This document shows, piece after piece, positions 62,204 to 64,000 of a DNA stretch of 64,000 nt (position 1 is the first letter of the stretch; every line of letters starts with the position of its first letter). Position numbers and translations under genes: made by a program. The DNA comes from a virus (Duplodnaviria; Caudoviricetes). Where the stretch lies: IMG/VR virus record IMGVR_UViG_3300002220_000029, positions 11,285 to 75,284 of that record; one strand, 5' to 3'. The notes under the pieces were generated by a model, which was given only the letters and a program-made list of their open reading frames with translations, made no database searches and was not told where the DNA came from.

Positions 62204-62268
62204 GGCGGAGTGACTGAATAAGTCTAAGACTACGAGTTTTGTAGGATAAGACCCTACCTCCGCCACCA
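62204..62268 (+). ncRNA. tRNA-like element (65 nt, non-canonical) ending in ACCA
   Basis: Acceptor GGCGGAG/CTCCGCC+A+CCA; D-like GACT/AGTC; central AAGAC/GTTTT; T-like GTAGG-ataagac-CCTAC. Confidence 0.65.
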
Positions 62269-62282
62269 CCAAAGGAGGATTT

Positions 62283-62675
62283 ATGACTGAAGAAGAAAGA
62301 AAGAGGCTTATCAAGTGGCTTGGCCTCTGCTGGCATGAAGCATCAGATGATGACTATATGTTATGTCGGCACTGTGGAATAACATTCCAAGGTGACTGGA
62401 GAGACGATGGAGGGTTTAAGCACTTTTATGCCATCATTGAGCAACGCACCTTCACAGAACCTGACGACTTCTTTGCCTGCTTTGAGAGGCTGGTGGAGAA
62501 GAATGACTTAAGCCTATTCTATGCATGGGGAGGTCTAATATGGGCGAAGACGCTAACAACATACATAAACCATATATCTGGACTTATGGCATGGCTCCTC
62601 TCAAAGACCGACACAGGCCACTATCGCTTCTGTGTCCTGTTGGCGGAGTGGCTGAAGGAGGCTCAAGATGAGTGA
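62283..62675 (+). CDS. hypothetical protein
   Basis: AAGGAGG RBS, 130 aa. Confidence 0.6.
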   Translation: MTEEERKRLIKWLGLCWHEASDDDYMLCRHCGITFQGDWRDDGGFKHFYAIIEQRTFTEPDDFFACFERLVEKNDLSLFYAWGGLIWAKTLTTYINHISGLMAWLLSKTDTGHYRFCVLLAEWLKEAQDE

Positions 62676-62898
62676 CTTTTTATTAGAGTTTATGGAGTTT
62701 GTCGGATTCCAGATCAAGCGGTTTATGGAGAAGGACGCAGATGGTTGGCGTGGGGCAGATGCTATTTATGCAAACGAATATAAGGAGAGAGCGATTCATA
62801 ACCTGAGCAAAGGCGATTATGTTGATGCCGCGAATCTGTGCTTTCTTGCATTTTGGGCAAAGACCAGAGGGAAGGAGGCTCAGGATGAACCCAAATAA
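62668..62898 (+). CDS. hypothetical protein
   Basis: AAGGAGG RBS; DAANLCFLAF resembles the end of all-alpha pyrophosphohydrolase-like small proteins. Confidence 0.5.
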   Translation: MSDFLLEFMEFVGFQIKRFMEKDADGWRGADAIYANEYKERAIHNLSKGDYVDAANLCFLAFWAKTRGKEAQDEPK

Positions 62899-63304
62899 CT
62901 ATGCAACACTTGAAGCCAGTAAACGACTGATTGATGCAGGGATTGTGTTGAATACAGATTTTTATTGGGCTACGTATGCAGAAAGAACATTGCGATCTCT
63001 AAAAGATGCTGGAAAGGCAATACCAGCACCATACTTAGTTGGTAGAGAATCAATCCACAATAAGCATTTAATTGGCATGGGTAGTTATGTCTCTGCTCCT
63101 TCAATGGCAGAGGTCTGGCTGGAGCTGCCGGATTTGATGCTGTTTAATGGCTTATGTTATGATTTGGCTCTATATTCTTTCGAGGGACAGGCTCATGCAG
63201 GATACCAGTGGAACAGTATGATGCGGATAGAGTTCTACAGCACCAACCCCACAGACGCCTTGATCGACCTGCTTATATGGGTGAGGAGGAAAAGAAAGGG
63301 ATGA
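62885..63304 (+). CDS. hypothetical phage protein
   Basis: AAGGAGG RBS; NYATLEASKRL...APSMAEVWLELP. Confidence 0.6.
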   Translation: MNPNNYATLEASKRLIDAGIVLNTDFYWATYAERTLRSLKDAGKAIPAPYLVGRESIHNKHLIGMGSYVSAPSMAEVWLELPDLMLFNGLCYDLALYSFEGQAHAGYQWNSMMRIEFYSTNPTDALIDLLIWVRRKRKG

Positions 63305-63708
63305 ATAAATATCAATATACACCTGCTGGGATGGCGGTTGGTATAAATGGGAATTATATACTTCTGTCAGACCACCTTGCTACCCTTGCGGAGAAGGAGC
63401 AAAACATAAGCCTTGATGTATCACAACAAGATGACATCCTCCGTGTATTGGCAGATTGTCAAGTCGCTCTGAAGGAGAAGGATGAGGAGAGAGATGCTCT
63501 TGAATCAGACAAAAAATTTCTAATGGAGGAACTAAATAAAAAGATAATCCGCATCAATGAAATGGAGAAACAGAAGGTTGTTTGGAGGAAGATGCTTGTA
63601 GCACGTAAAAAGAGAATTGATGAATTGGAAGACAAAATAAAAGGCATGGTCTATTTAGAGGTTGATCCTAACTGTGAATTGGCAAAGGAATCACAGGAGG
63701 GAACCTAA
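63301..63708 (+). CDS. coiled-coil hypothetical protein
   Basis: ATGA overlap with the upstream stop. Confidence 0.55.
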   Translation: MNKYQYTPAGMAVGINGNYILLSDHLATLAEKEQNISLDVSQQDDILRVLADCQVALKEKDEERDALESDKKFLMEELNKKIIRINEMEKQKVVWRKMLVARKKRIDELEDKIKGMVYLEVDPNCELAKESQEGT

Positions 63709-63711
63709 GCC

Positions 63712-63885
63712 ATGACTATAGAATGTTATTTTAGCGGTTGTCCCTTTCACAGCTGCAATGAACCTGGACAGGAAGGACCATTCTGTTATGAAGAGGATTG
63801 CAGAGCCACTATGAATCAGGTTGAAGCATATGAAAAGGAAAGAATGGAATATCTAAAGAAACACACTTTGGAGTCAAAGCCATGA
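63712..63885 (+). CDS. small Cys-containing protein (57 aa)
   Basis: AGGAGG RBS; CYFSGCPFHSC...C...C. Confidence 0.5.
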   Translation: MTIECYFSGCPFHSCNEPGQEGPFCYEEDCRATMNQVEAYEKERMEYLKKHTLESKP

Positions 63886-64000
63886 CTGTCATTGAATTAA
63901 AGAATATGCTCGATATTATCCTTGACCAGGATCGGGAGGTTATCCTGCGTCACGTCAATAACAACTTCGATGTCATAGACATCCAATTTGAGGAAGGCAA
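63882..64000 (+). CDS. hypothetical protein, truncated by window end
   Basis: ATGA overlap; MTVIELKNMLDIILDQD... open to the end. Confidence 0.45.
   Translation, partial: MTVIELKNMLDIILDQDREVILRHVNNNFDVIDIQFEEG

Noticed and set aside
62204-62268. Canonical tRNA gene
   Set aside because: No 7-nt anticodon loop, no TTC T-loop, too short; reported as a tRNA-like element instead
56-63647. Numerous minus-strand ORFs (e.g. 2935..3759, 4058..4666, 4792..5676, 18888..19553, 55826..56374)
   Set aside because: All lie antisense to well-supported + strand genes, lack RBSs or recognisable motifs, and read as shadow frames
1-64000. CRISPR array, integrase or lysogeny module
   Set aside because: No regularly spaced repeats; no tyrosine/serine recombinase or repressor-cro divergent pair; single-strand gene orientation
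1-64000. Alternative genetic code (stop-codon reassignment)
   Set aside because: Conserved genes are full-length under the standard code and TAA, TAG and TGA all terminate genes with tight overlaps

Overview
A 64-kb segment of a large, apparently lytic tailed dsDNA phage (siphovirus-like: tail tube and 1849-aa tape measure, no sheath), with essentially all real genes on the + strand. Overlapping i-/o-spanin-like genes point to a Gram-negative host. Gene order: head-tail joining and tail genes interrupted by two free-standing NUMOD3 homing endonucleases (1-21.8 kb, with a G/GT-type -1 frameshift); a lysis cassette containing a PilZ-motif protein and a Cys-rich secreted protein; a terminator, an AT-rich control region, a promoter and a ~290-nt structured non-coding segment; early genes including an AAA+ ATPase module; replication genes; a 7-deazaguanine DNA-modification cluster (queD, queE, folE, a QueD-paralog with the DpdL-type motif, a radical SAM enzyme, a GTDC1/QTMAN-like glycosyltransferase, dpdA-like; no queC in the window); a beta clamp, a DnaE with an HNH intein and a fused family-4 UDG, a clamp loader, T4-like recombination genes and a split SbcC; terminases; then small accessory genes including a WbpB-like sugar dehydrogenase, a lytic transglycosylase and a 65-nt tRNA-like element ending in CCA. 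The best candidate for an undescribed system is the deazaguanine cluster extended by radical-SAM and glycosyltransferase genes, which suggests a new hypermodified DNA base. All family assignments come from motif recognition by eye; no database searches were run.
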